Positions 54,980 to 64,000 of a stretch of DNA of 64,000 nt are shown in pieces. A program made the translations under genes and the position numbers. The notes under the pieces were generated by a model, which was not told the origin of the DNA, searched no databases, and saw nothing but the letters and a program-made list of their open reading frames with translations. The stretch spans positions 1,416,298 to 1,480,297 of the forward strand of contig OZ243942.1 of the NCBI GenBank assembly GCA_965214225.1, in the 5' to 3' direction. Each line of letters begins with the position of its first letter. Position 1 is the first letter of the stretch. This stretch comes from Polyangiales bacterium (GTDB lineage: Bacteria; Myxococcota_A; Polyangia; Polyangiales; CBDCBC01).

Positions 54980-56496
54980 TGCTTAGCAACAGCGATCGCA
55001 AGGTCGAGATACTTCTCCGGAAGAAGCCCCACCTGCAGCACGAAAATGCTAGCGACTGTGAGAGGCATGGCGACCAGAGCAGAGCGCATGGGAACCGCAA
55101 CGGGTTCACCCTCTCGCGGAACACGCATGAACAAGTAGACAATGACCTTGAGGTAGTAGTACGCACCCATGGCGCTTGTAACGACGCCGACAACAGCAAG
55201 CCACGTGTACTGGTTTCCAGCTGCGACAACCGCGGTGAAGATGTAGTACTTTCCAAAGAAGCCAGCCGTCGGCGGAAAGCCCATTAGCGAAAGGACGCCG
55301 AGCACGAAAGGCAGCGCGAGAAGCGGATGACGACGCCCTGCGCCCGCCAAGTCATCGTAGCTTACGGCCTCCAATCCTCTTGAGCCAAAGGCAACCAGCG
55401 CTCCGAAGGCCAGCACGCTCGAGAGCGCGTATGCCAATGCGTAAACGACAACGGCCGAAGCCCCAGCTTCAACGTCTTGTGGTGCCGCGACGATGCCGAT
55501 CAACATGTAGCCCGCATGAGCTATAGACGAATAAGCCAGCATACGCTTAAGGTTGGATTGCACAATGGCAGCCAGATTTCCGAATACCATGGAGGCTACC
55601 GCGAGCGCTGCTAACACCGGTGGCCATCCGGTTGCCATGCTTGAGCTAAGCGGATCGCCGAAGGTTCCCAGAGCGATTCGAAGCATAGAAGCGAATACCG
55701 CGAGCTTTACGGCTACAGCCATGTATGCGGTTACAGGTGTCGCTGCTCCCTCGTAGGCATCGGGAGTCCACATGTGGAACGGCACAAGACTCAGTTTGAA
55801 ACCAAGTCCCGTAAAGATCAGCAGCATCGCAAGGAGGAGCAATTGCGTCGCACTCTTTCCACTCTCGACTACCCTCGCGATCTCCGCCAGCTCAAGCGAA
55901 CCGGTGGCGCCGTAAAGGAAAGCCATTCCTAGGAGCAGGAAGGCGGTCGCGAAGGATCCAAGTAAGAAGTATTTAATGGCGCCTTCTAATGCGCGCGAGC
56001 TGGTGCGCCGAAAACCAATCATCGCATAGGTTCCCAAAGACATGATCTCGAGACCCAGAAAGAGCGCCACCAAGTGCTCTGCTCGGGCCAGTATCATGGC
56101 GCCCGCAGTCGTAAAGACGATGAGTGGGTAAAACTCCCCTCGCTCCAGAGCGTGTTCTCGCAAATACCCACCGGCGATGGACGCAATGAGTGCTGATCCT
56201 AAACAGATGAGTGCATCAAAGCAGAAGGAGGCCTTATCAAAGGCAAGATATCTGGAAACTGCAGGTGGAGGCGTAACTTGAACATCGAGCCCGAGCAAAC
56301 ATGCTGCAACGGCGCCGGCAACAGCGAGCACAACAAAGGAAAGCAGGGAGAGATAAGGGTCCTCCTTCGAAAACCCATCGACGAGCATGAGAGCCACCCC
56401 TCCGAATAACACCAGCAGCAAAGGTGCAGCAGCAAGCATCACGTCATTCATCTTCTTCACCTGTATGTCGAGCTGCGTTGGCTGTGAATCCGACAT
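54970..56496 (-). CDS. nuoN: NADH-quinone oxidoreductase subunit N
   Basis: A polytopic antiporter-like subunit in the last position of the nuo cluster. The motifs WTPDAYEGA and LAYSSIAHAGY are present. The start may be the internal MNDVML (56451). Confidence 0.9.
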   Translation of the reverse strand: MSDSQPTQLDIQVKKMNDVMLAAAPLLLVLFGGVALMLVDGFSKEDPYLSLLSFVVLAVAGAVAACLLGLDVQVTPPPAVSRYLAFDKASFCFDALICLGSALIASIAGGYLREHALERGEFYPLIVFTTAGAMILARAEHLVALFLGLEIMSLGTYAMIGFRRTSSRALEGAIKYFLLGSFATAFLLLGMAFLYGATGSLELAEIARVVESGKSATQLLLLAMLLIFTGLGFKLSLVPFHMWTPDAYEGAATPVTAYMAVAVKLAVFASMLRIALGTFGDPLSSSMATGWPPVLAALAVASMVFGNLAAIVQSNLKRMLAYSSIAHAGYMLIGIVAAPQDVEAGASAVVVYALAYALSSVLAFGALVAFGSRGLEAVSYDDLAGAGRRHPLLALPFVLGVLSLMGFPPTAGFFGKYYIFTAVVAAGNQYTWLAVVGVVTSAMGAYYYLKVIVYLFMRVPREGEPVAVPMRSALVAMPLTVASIFVLQVGLLPEKYLDLAIAVAKQWT

Positions 56497-58186
56497 GGCT
56501 CCTCACCGCAGCTGGGTCGGTTACAGCACCTCGGTACTGAGCGGTGAGCCGGCGAACATGTTCCTGTCTTTCGTCGCCGAAGTCGTCCGCAGTCGGTCCC
56601 CCCGAGGGTTGATCACCTTGTCCTATTACCGATGGGACGTGATTGAGCAACCGCCGCTCGTCGTAACGGCTATGAAGAAGCTTGGCGTGAAACGCAGTGA
56701 CCATGGAGTCAACGGACGGTCCCATTCGGTTGAGAAACGGGGAGGGGTAGAGGCCAATCCAGAAGATGAACACCACGAAAGGTGCCAAGAGGCAGAGCTC
56801 CCTGCGCCCGACATCATGGAGCTTCTTGTTTTCTTCATGGTCTAGTGGGCCCCAGAACATTCTGAGGACAAGGTGTAACATGTACACCGCTCCCAAAATA
56901 ACCCCGATGGCTGCGAAAGAAGCCGCTACTTTTGGATAGCTGAGCCCCTCGGAGAGGAAGGCACCGACCAGAATCATAAACTCGCCCACGAAGCCGTTGG
57001 TGCCCGGCAGGCCCACCGAGCTCATGGTAACGATGACAAAAATGACCGTGTATAGAGGCATCACCTTCGCGAGGCCGCCGAAGTCATCCAGTGCCCGGGT
57101 GTGGCGTCGTTCGTAGATAACTCCAACTAGAAGGAAGAGCGCCCCCGTGGAAATCCCGTGGCTGACCATCTGCAGCACGGCGCCTGTGATCCCGGTCTCG
57201 TTCATCGCGAAGACACCGACCATCACAAACCCGAGATGACTGACTGAGCTGTAAGCAACCAGCTTCTTCACATCGCTCTGCACCCACGCGCAGTACGCGC
57301 CATAGATAATACCCACCACTGCGAACACGATGAGCGTAGGTGCAGTGTGATGTGCCGCCCAAGGGAACAACGGAAGCGCAAACCGAATGAAGCCATAGGC
57401 TCCAAGTTTTAAAAGAACCGCCGCAAGAATCATCGATCCCGCAGTGGGAGCTTCCACGTGTGCGTCAGGAAGCCAGGTGTGAAACGGAAACATCGGGACT
57501 TTGATCGCAAAGGCGAGGGCGAATGCCGCGTAAAGAAAATACTGCTCGCGCTGCGTAAGAACCAATCGATTCAACTCCCGTAAGTCAAAAGAGTAACTGC
57601 CGGAAAGCGTCTTGTACTGAACAGCCAGATAGAGAATGGCGACCAGCATCAGCAGGCTGCCAGCCATCGTGTAGATGAAGAACTTGACTGCAGCGTAAAC
57701 CCGCCTTTGACCGCCCCAGATGCCCACGATGAGCAGCATCGGCACCAGCATGAGCTCCCAGAACACGTAGAAGAGGAACAGATCGAGGGCGATGAAGGCT
57801 CCGACTACAGTTGCCTCAAGCAGTAGGAAGGCGAGGGCGAACTCCTTCACTTTGGTCTGCACACTCGACCATCCGGTGTGCAACGCGAGCGGAGTCACAA
57901 AGGTGGTCAGCAGGATCAGCCAGAGCGAAATTCCGTCCACTCCCACGGAGTACTGAATGCCGAGGGAAGGAACCCATGGCACATGCTCCGCGAACTGATA
58001 TCCTGCGTTCGCTGTCCAACCCTTGAGCAACAGCAGCGACAGCGCGAACTCAAGCGACATGAGCGCGACACTTCCGCGACGGATCATCTCAACTGACTGA
58101 CGCGGCGTGAATAGCACGAGAAACGCGCCGAGGAGCGGAACGGCTAAAAGAATAGTGAGTAGGTGCGTCTCAGTCCAGACAGTCAT
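56444..58186 (-). CDS. nuoM: NADH-quinone oxidoreductase subunit M
   Basis: Antiporter-like subunit with FPFHTWLPDAHVEAPTAGS and LVAYSSVSHLGFV. It has a tail of about 70 aa beyond the usual C-terminus. Confidence 0.92.
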   Translation of the reverse strand: MTVWTETHLLTILLAVPLLGAFLVLFTPRQSVEMIRRGSVALMSLEFALSLLLLKGWTANAGYQFAEHVPWVPSLGIQYSVGVDGISLWLILLTTFVTPLALHTGWSSVQTKVKEFALAFLLLEATVVGAFIALDLFLFYVFWELMLVPMLLIVGIWGGQRRVYAAVKFFIYTMAGSLLMLVAILYLAVQYKTLSGSYSFDLRELNRLVLTQREQYFLYAAFALAFAIKVPMFPFHTWLPDAHVEAPTAGSMILAAVLLKLGAYGFIRFALPLFPWAAHHTAPTLIVFAVVGIIYGAYCAWVQSDVKKLVAYSSVSHLGFVMVGVFAMNETGITGAVLQMVSHGISTGALFLLVGVIYERRHTRALDDFGGLAKVMPLYTVIFVIVTMSSVGLPGTNGFVGEFMILVGAFLSEGLSYPKVAASFAAIGVILGAVYMLHLVLRMFWGPLDHEENKKLHDVGRRELCLLAPFVVFIFWIGLYPSPFLNRMGPSVDSMVTAFHAKLLHSRYDERRLLNHVPSVIGQGDQPSGGPTADDFGDERQEHVRRLTAQYRGAVTDPAAVRSHVGFTANAARHTGEEDE

Positions 58187-60843
58187 TTTGCCTCGCCTCC
58201 CACAAACAGACTGCCAAGCTTCAATTTATCAGCGAACCCATCAGCGCTCGCGTTGCTGACGCTAGCCGCAGCTTGAGGGACCACCGGAGGAAGCAGGTTC
58301 AGACGGTATCTCTTGGTGGCTTGGCTTCCAAAGGCGTTCCTCACCTGCAAGGTAGGTGGAACTTGCACGCCAATATCGAGAACAGACTCACCAAGTTTCA
58401 CGCGTTTCCCAACCGTTAGTGCAATGCTTTCGCGTTTGGCAGGCAGCCCATCCACAGGCACACCATTGTGACGCAGCCAGACGGTGTTCTCCCGGTAGGT
58501 CAGTGCAGGAGGAAGTTCACCTACCCTCACCCCGGGCAGAAGCTTTGTGGGGACGATAAAGTCCTCGCCTTGTTGAAGTGTCGCCAGCTCGGTACGTTGA
58601 TAGGGAAGAGGAGACACGATGCGTATCACCACCTCGCGGGGGGCGGTTTCGCTGTAGGTGTGCGACACGGCCGCTCCATCGGTTGGTTTCCATCGGGTGT
58701 CAAAGCGACCGTCTCCATCAAAATCCATGCGGTAGGTGTATCCAAGTCCCTGCCCAACCTGAAACGTAACTTGGCGGCTATCGATCTCATACTCAACGGA
58801 TGGATGCGGGTAGAGAAACCACCAAGCCATCCCCCCGATCCCGAGCAGGAAGACCGTGGTTGAGACGTAGAGCACCCCCGTCTGCACCCGTGTCAGGATG
58901 AAGCCGGATAAACGAACCACGGCGGCGGTAGCACGTGTGAGGAGACCATCAACCACTACGCGATCTAAGAAGCCAACGAGCGAGGCTAGGAAGCGAGCGG
59001 GCCCGATGACCAACAACTGATAAAGCTCATCGAACCTTGCTTTCTGAAGCAGAAACCGCCTGAGCTTGGGCATGGCGTGCGCTAAGCCGCGTGCGGTGCG
59101 AGAGGGCTCCCCACTTCGGTAGAGCATGAAGGCAAGAGCAACTCCTAACACCGCTACAAGCGTCCCAACCACCATCACCGATAGCGCCGCCCCTTTGGAT
59201 GCATGCGCCTCACCTAGGTGAGCAAGAGAGCCGTGCAGCCAGTCTCCCCAGAGGTTGGGAAGATGGAGAGCATGCGGAAGACCCAGCCAGCCCGCAGCAA
59301 CTGCTCCGATAGCTAAGATCACGAGCGGAGTTGTCATGAGGCGAGGCGATTCATGAGGTTGCAAGACCGCCTCCTGCTCGCTCGCCGCAGCTCCTCGGTA
59401 TGTCCCCGCAAAGGTGAGGAAGTAGAGGCGCATCATGTAAAAGGCGGTAAGGATGGCTGCAAACGAAAGCACAGCCCAGATGACAGAGCCCAACCACGGA
59501 GCGAACACAAAGTAGTCGTCCACCGTACGTGCTCCGAGCAGGATCTCATCCTTGGAAAAGAAGCCACTGAGCGGCGGAATGCCAGCGATAGCCAGGCAGC
59601 TCAGAAGGAAGGTCGCGTGCGTTATCGGCATCATACGACGTAAACCACCTAGCTCCTTTAGCTCCGCATCGCCATGAGCGTGAACTGCATGCATCACAGA
59701 GCCGGCACCTAAGAAGAGACACGCCTTGAAGAAGGCATGGGTAAAGACGTGGAACACAGCCGCGCCAAAGGCACCTACTCCAGTAGCCGCTATCATAAAG
59801 CCCAGCTGACTTACGGTGGAGTAGGCAAGAATCCTCTTCATCTGCCCTTGGACGAGGGCAACGGCTGCAGCGACCAGTGCCGTGAATGCTCCAACGGAAG
59901 TCAACACCGCCATCGCAACTGGACTGGTTACGAATAGCGGCGACAGACGGCAGATGAGGTAAATGCCGGCTGTGACCATAGTGGCTGCGTGGATCAATGC
60001 AGACACAGGCGTTGGACCCGCCATTGCGTCGGGGAGCCAGACGAAAAGCGGGAACTGTGCGCTCTTGCCCGTGCATCCCAAGAAAAGGCAAAGGCATGCC
60101 ACCGTGGCGACTGAGATACCAAGCGTCGTCCCACCGATTTCAAGCGGAGTGGCCGCCAAACGAACAGCCTCTTGATTGATGGCGGTAAATCGCAGCGATC
60201 CTGCCGCTCCAATGAGAAGGAACATCCCGAGCAGGACGCCGAAGTCCCCCACTCTATTATAGATAAAAGCTTTGCGACCCGCGGCGGCGTATGCAGGTGT
60301 TGTCCACCAGAAACCAATCAGCAGGTAACTGCACAGTCCGACCCCCTCCCAGCCGACAAACATCAGCGGTAGGCTGTCGGCCAAGATCAAGATCAGCATC
60401 GCTGCCATGAAGAGGTTCAGGTAGGTGAAAAAGCGGGCAAAAGACTGATCATGCTCCATGTAGCTGGCGCTGTACAAGTGGATCAGCAACCCGATGCCCG
60501 TCACGATAAGCAGCATCACGCCACTTAGCGGGTCGAGCAGGAAGCTCACATCGATGTCTGCGACGCTCCCTGTAGGAAGTTTGAGAGAAAACCACCGGTA
60601 GACCGTATAGGTTAGGCGGCGAGCTTCCACTCCAGAGGATGAAGAGCCCAAGCTGATGAGCTTTAGAAACAGCACAACTGCAGAAGCAAAGGAGAGGGCA
60701 ACGGAGCCAATGGCTACGCCAGCCACCAACCTTCGGGATTCCCGTCGTCCAATGATCCCGTTAAACAGAGCGCCAAGGAGAGGGAAAAGGACAATGAGAG
60801 GCAGCAGAAAGTTTACGTCGTACTCTTCAAACATGAGCATCAC
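58183..60843 (-). CDS. nuoL: NADH-quinone oxidoreductase subunit L with a roughly 200-aa C-terminal PKD-like extension
   Basis: The NuoL core has WEGVGLCSYLLIGFW and FPLFVWLPDAMAGPTPVSALIHAATMV, a lateral-helix region FDELYQLLV...DRVVVDGLL and a last TM. An extra domain then follows with YRMDFDGDGRFDTRWKPTDGAAVSHTYSE. Confidence 0.92.
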   Translation of the reverse strand: MMLMFEEYDVNFLLPLIVLFPLLGALFNGIIGRRESRRLVAGVAIGSVALSFASAVVLFLKLISLGSSSSGVEARRLTYTVYRWFSLKLPTGSVADIDVSFLLDPLSGVMLLIVTGIGLLIHLYSASYMEHDQSFARFFTYLNLFMAAMLILILADSLPLMFVGWEGVGLCSYLLIGFWWTTPAYAAAGRKAFIYNRVGDFGVLLGMFLLIGAAGSLRFTAINQEAVRLAATPLEIGGTTLGISVATVACLCLFLGCTGKSAQFPLFVWLPDAMAGPTPVSALIHAATMVTAGIYLICRLSPLFVTSPVAMAVLTSVGAFTALVAAAVALVQGQMKRILAYSTVSQLGFMIAATGVGAFGAAVFHVFTHAFFKACLFLGAGSVMHAVHAHGDAELKELGGLRRMMPITHATFLLSCLAIAGIPPLSGFFSKDEILLGARTVDDYFVFAPWLGSVIWAVLSFAAILTAFYMMRLYFLTFAGTYRGAAASEQEAVLQPHESPRLMTTPLVILAIGAVAAGWLGLPHALHLPNLWGDWLHGSLAHLGEAHASKGAALSVMVVGTLVAVLGVALAFMLYRSGEPSRTARGLAHAMPKLRRFLLQKARFDELYQLLVIGPARFLASLVGFLDRVVVDGLLTRATAAVVRLSGFILTRVQTGVLYVSTTVFLLGIGGMAWWFLYPHPSVEYEIDSRQVTFQVGQGLGYTYRMDFDGDGRFDTRWKPTDGAAVSHTYSETAPREVVIRIVSPLPYQRTELATLQQGEDFIVPTKLLPGVRVGELPPALTYRENTVWLRHNGVPVDGLPAKRESIALTVGKRVKLGESVLDIGVQVPPTLQVRNAFGSQATKRYRLNLLPPVVPQAAASVSNASADGFADKLKLGSLFVGGEAK

Positions 60844-60912
60844 GCCTAAGAAGATCCAATCCAGTCACCCTGCCCATCAGCTTCCCTTGCCTAACTCATC
60901 ACTTCGTGGTCG

Positions 60913-61236
60913 CTAATGACGAAGCGCTCGCACATCGTCACTTAGAACCGTCTGTCGAAGACGAAAGAGTCCGAGGACAATCGCAAGTCCTACTGCAGCT
61001 TCTGCAGCCGCGACTGCAATGACAAAGAAGGCGAAAGCTTGTCCGGAATGGTCAAGCGATCCGTCACTCGCAAATGGTCTCCACCGATTGATTGCCACGA
61101 GTGCGATGTTGACAGCGTTGAGCATCAACTCGATGCACATCATCTGAATCAGAATGTTGCGTCGGATGAGGAAGCCAATCGCACCCAGACCAAACACGAC
61201 ACAAGCCAGACCTAGATAGTGCCCAAAGCCAATCAT
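60913..61236 (-). CDS. nuoK: NADH-quinone oxidoreductase subunit K
   Basis: 107 aa with 3 TM helices. The sequence MMCIELMLNAVNIALVA...FVIAVAAAEAAVGLAIV is typical of NuoK. Confidence 0.9.
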   Translation of the reverse strand: MIGFGHYLGLACVVFGLGAIGFLIRRNILIQMMCIELMLNAVNIALVAINRWRPFASDGSLDHSGQAFAFFVIAVAAAEAAVGLAIVLGLFRLRQTVLSDDVRALRH

Positions 61237-61950
61237 CTAAATAGTTCCTACAGATCCGGCGCTCGAAGCTGATCCTGCTTGCGGGTGCGACGCAGGTTCT
61301 TGGCCGACGCGCCTCTGTTTCGGAGCGGATTTCTTTTGTCGACCACGTGCCACAGCCATGGCACCCACGATGGCCACCAAAAGCAGTACCGAAACAAGCT
61401 CGAACGGGACCACGCCGACTTGGTAAACCTCGCGTCCCAGCCCCTCAACGCCACCGAACTGCTGACACTCAGCCTGAAGCCGGTCTTCGCAGTCGCGGAG
61501 AATCGGGAGCTCGGCGTGATGGCCGAAGGCAACCACAGCGAGTGCGCTGCAAAACAGCACGAGCACAGTTGCTCCCAATGTCCGCGAAACCAATCCGTGG
61601 TGCCCGTGCGTGAAATGCTCCCACGCCTCGTCCGAGGGAGCCGTCACACCCGCAGCGTCAGGATAGTCGTCCAAGTTCTCAGAGCGGTCTTGCTTAGCTG
61701 GATCTGCGCTAGGACCAATCAACATGATTACGAAGACGAATAAGACAACCACAGCGCCGGCGTATACAATCAGTTGAATCGCCGCGAGCAGGTGCGCGTG
61801 AAGGCCGACATAGATCCCGGCAAGTGCGACAATGTGTGCCAATAGAGCAAGAGCCGAATGGAGTGGGTTTCTAAACAGCACAGTGCCTAAAGCACTGGCC
61901 AATGCCACCGCCGCCGCCAAGCAAAAGACGAGCTGTGAGGCGGAACTCAC
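61237..61950 (-). CDS. nuoJ: NADH-quinone oxidoreductase subunit J
   Basis: The N-terminal pattern AVALASALGTVLFRNPLHSALALL...AAIQLIVYAGAVVVLFVFVIML is typical of NuoJ. It has an acidic/His-rich insertion and a basic tail. Its start overlaps the nuoF stop (ATGA). Confidence 0.85.
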   Translation of the reverse strand: MSSASQLVFCLAAAVALASALGTVLFRNPLHSALALLAHIVALAGIYVGLHAHLLAAIQLIVYAGAVVVLFVFVIMLIGPSADPAKQDRSENLDDYPDAAGVTAPSDEAWEHFTHGHHGLVSRTLGATVLVLFCSALAVVAFGHHAELPILRDCEDRLQAECQQFGGVEGLGREVYQVGVVPFELVSVLLLVAIVGAMAVARGRQKKSAPKQRRVGQEPASHPQAGSASSAGSVGTI

Positions 61951-63335
61951 GCTGCTCTCCGAGATAGTTCTTGCATCACGACTGCATCGAGACGTGCATC
62001 GCCGGTCCCATTACTCACGGCCTCCTCGAACTCGTCCCGAAACTTCTGAATCAATCCAAGCATGGGCATCGCTGTGCCGTCCGCGAAGGCGCAGATGGTG
62101 TTGCCCATCATGTTGTTGGCAACATCCACAAGCGTCGCCACCGAGTCGCTCTTGCCCCTACCTTTGGCCACAGTATTGAGAATGTCGATCAGCCAGCCGG
62201 TCCCTTCACGACATGGCGTGCACTGTCCGCACGACTCATGCGCGTAGAAGTGCATCAGGTTCCTTGCTACCTCAACCATACTCACGGACGAATCCATCGC
62301 AATCGCACAGCAGGTGCCTAACATCGTGCCTAGGGCCCGATACGTATCCACGCCCATTGGTACATCGAGGTGAGATTTGCCGTGCCAGGCGTGCAGCGGG
62401 TGGTCCTCCTTCGGAGCGTTCACTTTGCCGTCAGGCCGTAGAACGGGTGTTGATGATCCGCCCGGAATCACCGCCTTAAGCGGTCGCGCCTCATCAAGCA
62501 TCCCTCCTCCTAGGTCGTGAATCAGCTGATTCATCGTAATGCCTACGGGGGCTTCGTAGATGCCGGGCTTCTTCACATGGCCGCTAATCCCATAGAGCCG
62601 CGTGCCACCATCACCCGGAAGACGACCAAGGTTGGACCATGCTGCACCACCCATCCGCATGATGTCGGGGACAGATGCAATTGTTTCGACGTTGTTGATG
62701 AGCGTGGGCTGACCGAAAGCTCCTTCCACAGCAGGAAAAGGGGGCTTGAGTCTCGGCTCGCCTCGTTTTCCCTCAAGCGAGTTTAGAAGCGCCGTCTCCT
62801 CTCCGCAGATGTAGGAGCCTGCCCCCAGATGGACATAAATGTCGAGGGAGAAGTCGCTCGCCAACAGACGTTGCCCAAGCAAGCCTGACTTGCGCGCCTC
62901 AGCTATTGCAGCCTCAAGGCGCGCTATAGCCAGCGTCAGCTCGCATCGCACGTAGATGTAAGCCTTCGTGGCACCGACTGCGAACGCAGAGATGATGCAG
63001 CCCTCGATGAGCCGATGAGGGTCCTGCTCCATCAACGTGCGGTCCTTGAAGGTGCCAGGTTCGCCTTCGTCAGCGTTGATGACCAAGTAAACCTGCTGGC
63101 CAGGCTTGGGGCTTACGAACCCCCACTTGACGCCCGCTGGGAAACCAGCACCCCCCCGGCCACGAATGTTTGCCGCTTTGACTTCGGCTTTGACTGCGTC
63201 GGGGGTTTTACCGCGGAGGACGTCACGCGCCACGCTGTACGCGCCAAGTTCCTGTGCGTTCGCCAACTGCCAGGCGCTCTTCCCATACCTGGAGGTGAGT
63301 AAAGGCTCGCATCGCACACTCTGGTCTTCAGCCAC
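61947..63335 (-). CDS. nuoF: NADH-quinone oxidoreductase subunit F
   Basis: The FMN/NADH motifs are GRGGAGFPAGVKW and ADEGEPGTFKDR. The 4Fe-4S motif is ESCGQCTPCREG. Confidence 0.95.
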   Translation of the reverse strand: MAEDQSVRCEPLLTSRYGKSAWQLANAQELGAYSVARDVLRGKTPDAVKAEVKAANIRGRGGAGFPAGVKWGFVSPKPGQQVYLVINADEGEPGTFKDRTLMEQDPHRLIEGCIISAFAVGATKAYIYVRCELTLAIARLEAAIAEARKSGLLGQRLLASDFSLDIYVHLGAGSYICGEETALLNSLEGKRGEPRLKPPFPAVEGAFGQPTLINNVETIASVPDIMRMGGAAWSNLGRLPGDGGTRLYGISGHVKKPGIYEAPVGITMNQLIHDLGGGMLDEARPLKAVIPGGSSTPVLRPDGKVNAPKEDHPLHAWHGKSHLDVPMGVDTYRALGTMLGTCCAIAMDSSVSMVEVARNLMHFYAHESCGQCTPCREGTGWLIDILNTVAKGRGKSDSVATLVDVANNMMGNTICAFADGTAMPMLGLIQKFRDEFEEAVSNGTGDARLDAVVMQELSRRAA

Positions 63336-63337
63336 GG

Positions 63338-63910
63338 CTACGCCCTCTCCTCTGCCGCACGCTCGCCCACAACATGATGTTGAGCCGGACCCTTCACGAC
63401 GGTACCCTTCACGACGGTACCCTTCACGACGGTACGCTTCGCACGCTCATCAACGATCTGGTCTAGTTTCTCAAGCGTTAGATTCTCGTGATACGTGTCG
63501 TTCAGCTGGATCATCGGAGCCTGGCCACATGCAGCCAGGCATTCTGCCCGAAGGAGCGTGAACTTGCCGTCACGGCTTGTACCTCCTGCCTTGCAGCCGA
63601 AGCGATTCTCTAGATGCTCTTGAACCGCTCTAGCGCCCCGGAGTTCACAGGATAGCGTACGGCATACCCAAACCACGTTGGGCGCGACAGGCTCCTGATG
63701 AAACATCGTGTAGAAGGTTACCACTCCCTTAACTGCACTCAGGTCCATCTCGAGGCGTTGGCCAACAAACACCATGACATCTGGCGACGCCCACCCCTCC
63801 TGCTCCTGGCATAGCTGCAACAATGGGATGCATGCGGCGCGCTTAACGGGGTAACGGCCGATGATCTCTTCGGCCTTGTTAGCCCGTTCCAGGGACAGAG
63901 AAAATGGCAT
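63338..63910 (-). CDS. nuoE: NADH-quinone oxidoreductase subunit E
   Basis: YPVKRAACIPLL and the 2Fe-2S cysteines in CRTLSCELRGA and CLAACGQAPM. The start was moved to MPFSLSLE (ATG 63910). The C-terminal tail contains the TVVKG x3 repeat. Confidence 0.9.
   Translation of the reverse strand: MPFSLSLERANKAEEIIGRYPVKRAACIPLLQLCQEQEGWASPDVMVFVGQRLEMDLSAVKGVVTFYTMFHQEPVAPNVVWVCRTLSCELRGARAVQEHLENRFGCKAGGTSRDGKFTLLRAECLAACGQAPMIQLNDTYHENLTLEKLDQIVDERAKRTVVKGTVVKGTVVKGPAQHHVVGERAAEERA
63391..63435. repeat. In-frame tandem repeat, 15 bp x3 (CCTTCACGACGGTAC) in the nuoE 3' end
   Basis: Read directly. It encodes TVVKGTVVKGTVVKG in the nuoE C-terminal tail. Confidence 0.9.
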
Positions 63911-64000
63911 GTGGGTCAACCTAGTAGGCAGTTTGCTCACGTCGTTTAAGCAGCACCTGCCGCCAAGGGAGTAGGCTTACCGTGCTGTTCTGTCAAGTAT

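Noticed and set aside
63941-64000. Possible 3' end of an upstream nuo gene (e.g. nuoD) at the right edge.
   Set aside because: Only 60 nt are available. Two minus-strand frames end in stops here, and neither tail resembles a NuoD C-terminus that I can recognise. Too little sequence to call.

Overview
GC-rich bacterial chromosomal segment. Its gene content looks Myxococcota-like: several eukaryotic-type Ser/Thr kinases, FHA, PilZ, GGDEF and DUF4388 (a domain of unknown function) proteins, and TPR lipoproteins. That placement is an inference from gene content only. I can support about 56 protein genes and two tRNA-Leu genes. Most are housekeeping: relA, glmU, a ccsA-like/hemA/hemC operon, trxA, pmbA/tldD, ddl, coaX, lepB and nuoE-F-J-K-L-M-N. 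A partial OPT transporter gene runs off the left edge and is missing from the supplied track. I see no CRISPR array, transposase, integrase, phage gene or recognisable defence system, so I cannot point to a clear new protein-encoded system. The most unusual signals are non-genic. (1) A composite dispersed repeat (modules X and Y) occurs at 3146-3448 and 26504-26970, with a fragment at 19971-20050. It carries a long inverted repeat and an apical hairpin whose stems differ between copies by pairing-preserving double substitutions. (2) A second repeat family has two copies, 9171-9316 and 21873-21976. (3) Short tandem repeats are unusually dense: periods of 12-24 bp, about 18 arrays in 64 kb. They sit almost exclusively at gene boundaries, several duplicate a stop codon or an RBS, and the coding arrays are in-frame. 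Gene-level oddities include NuoL with a roughly 200-aa PKD-like C-terminal extension and a nuo cluster lacking G/H/I between F and J. Others are a three-gene operon ending in a histidine-kinase dimerisation domain without an ATPase domain, an FHA-GGDEF fusion, and a divergent FHA-FHA / PilZ pair. A radical-SAM/DUF2079/methyltransferase/GT2/GT2 cluster also abuts nuoN. Many track ORFs are antisense shadows or N-terminal over-extensions across repeats, and I trimmed starts where the sequence supported it.
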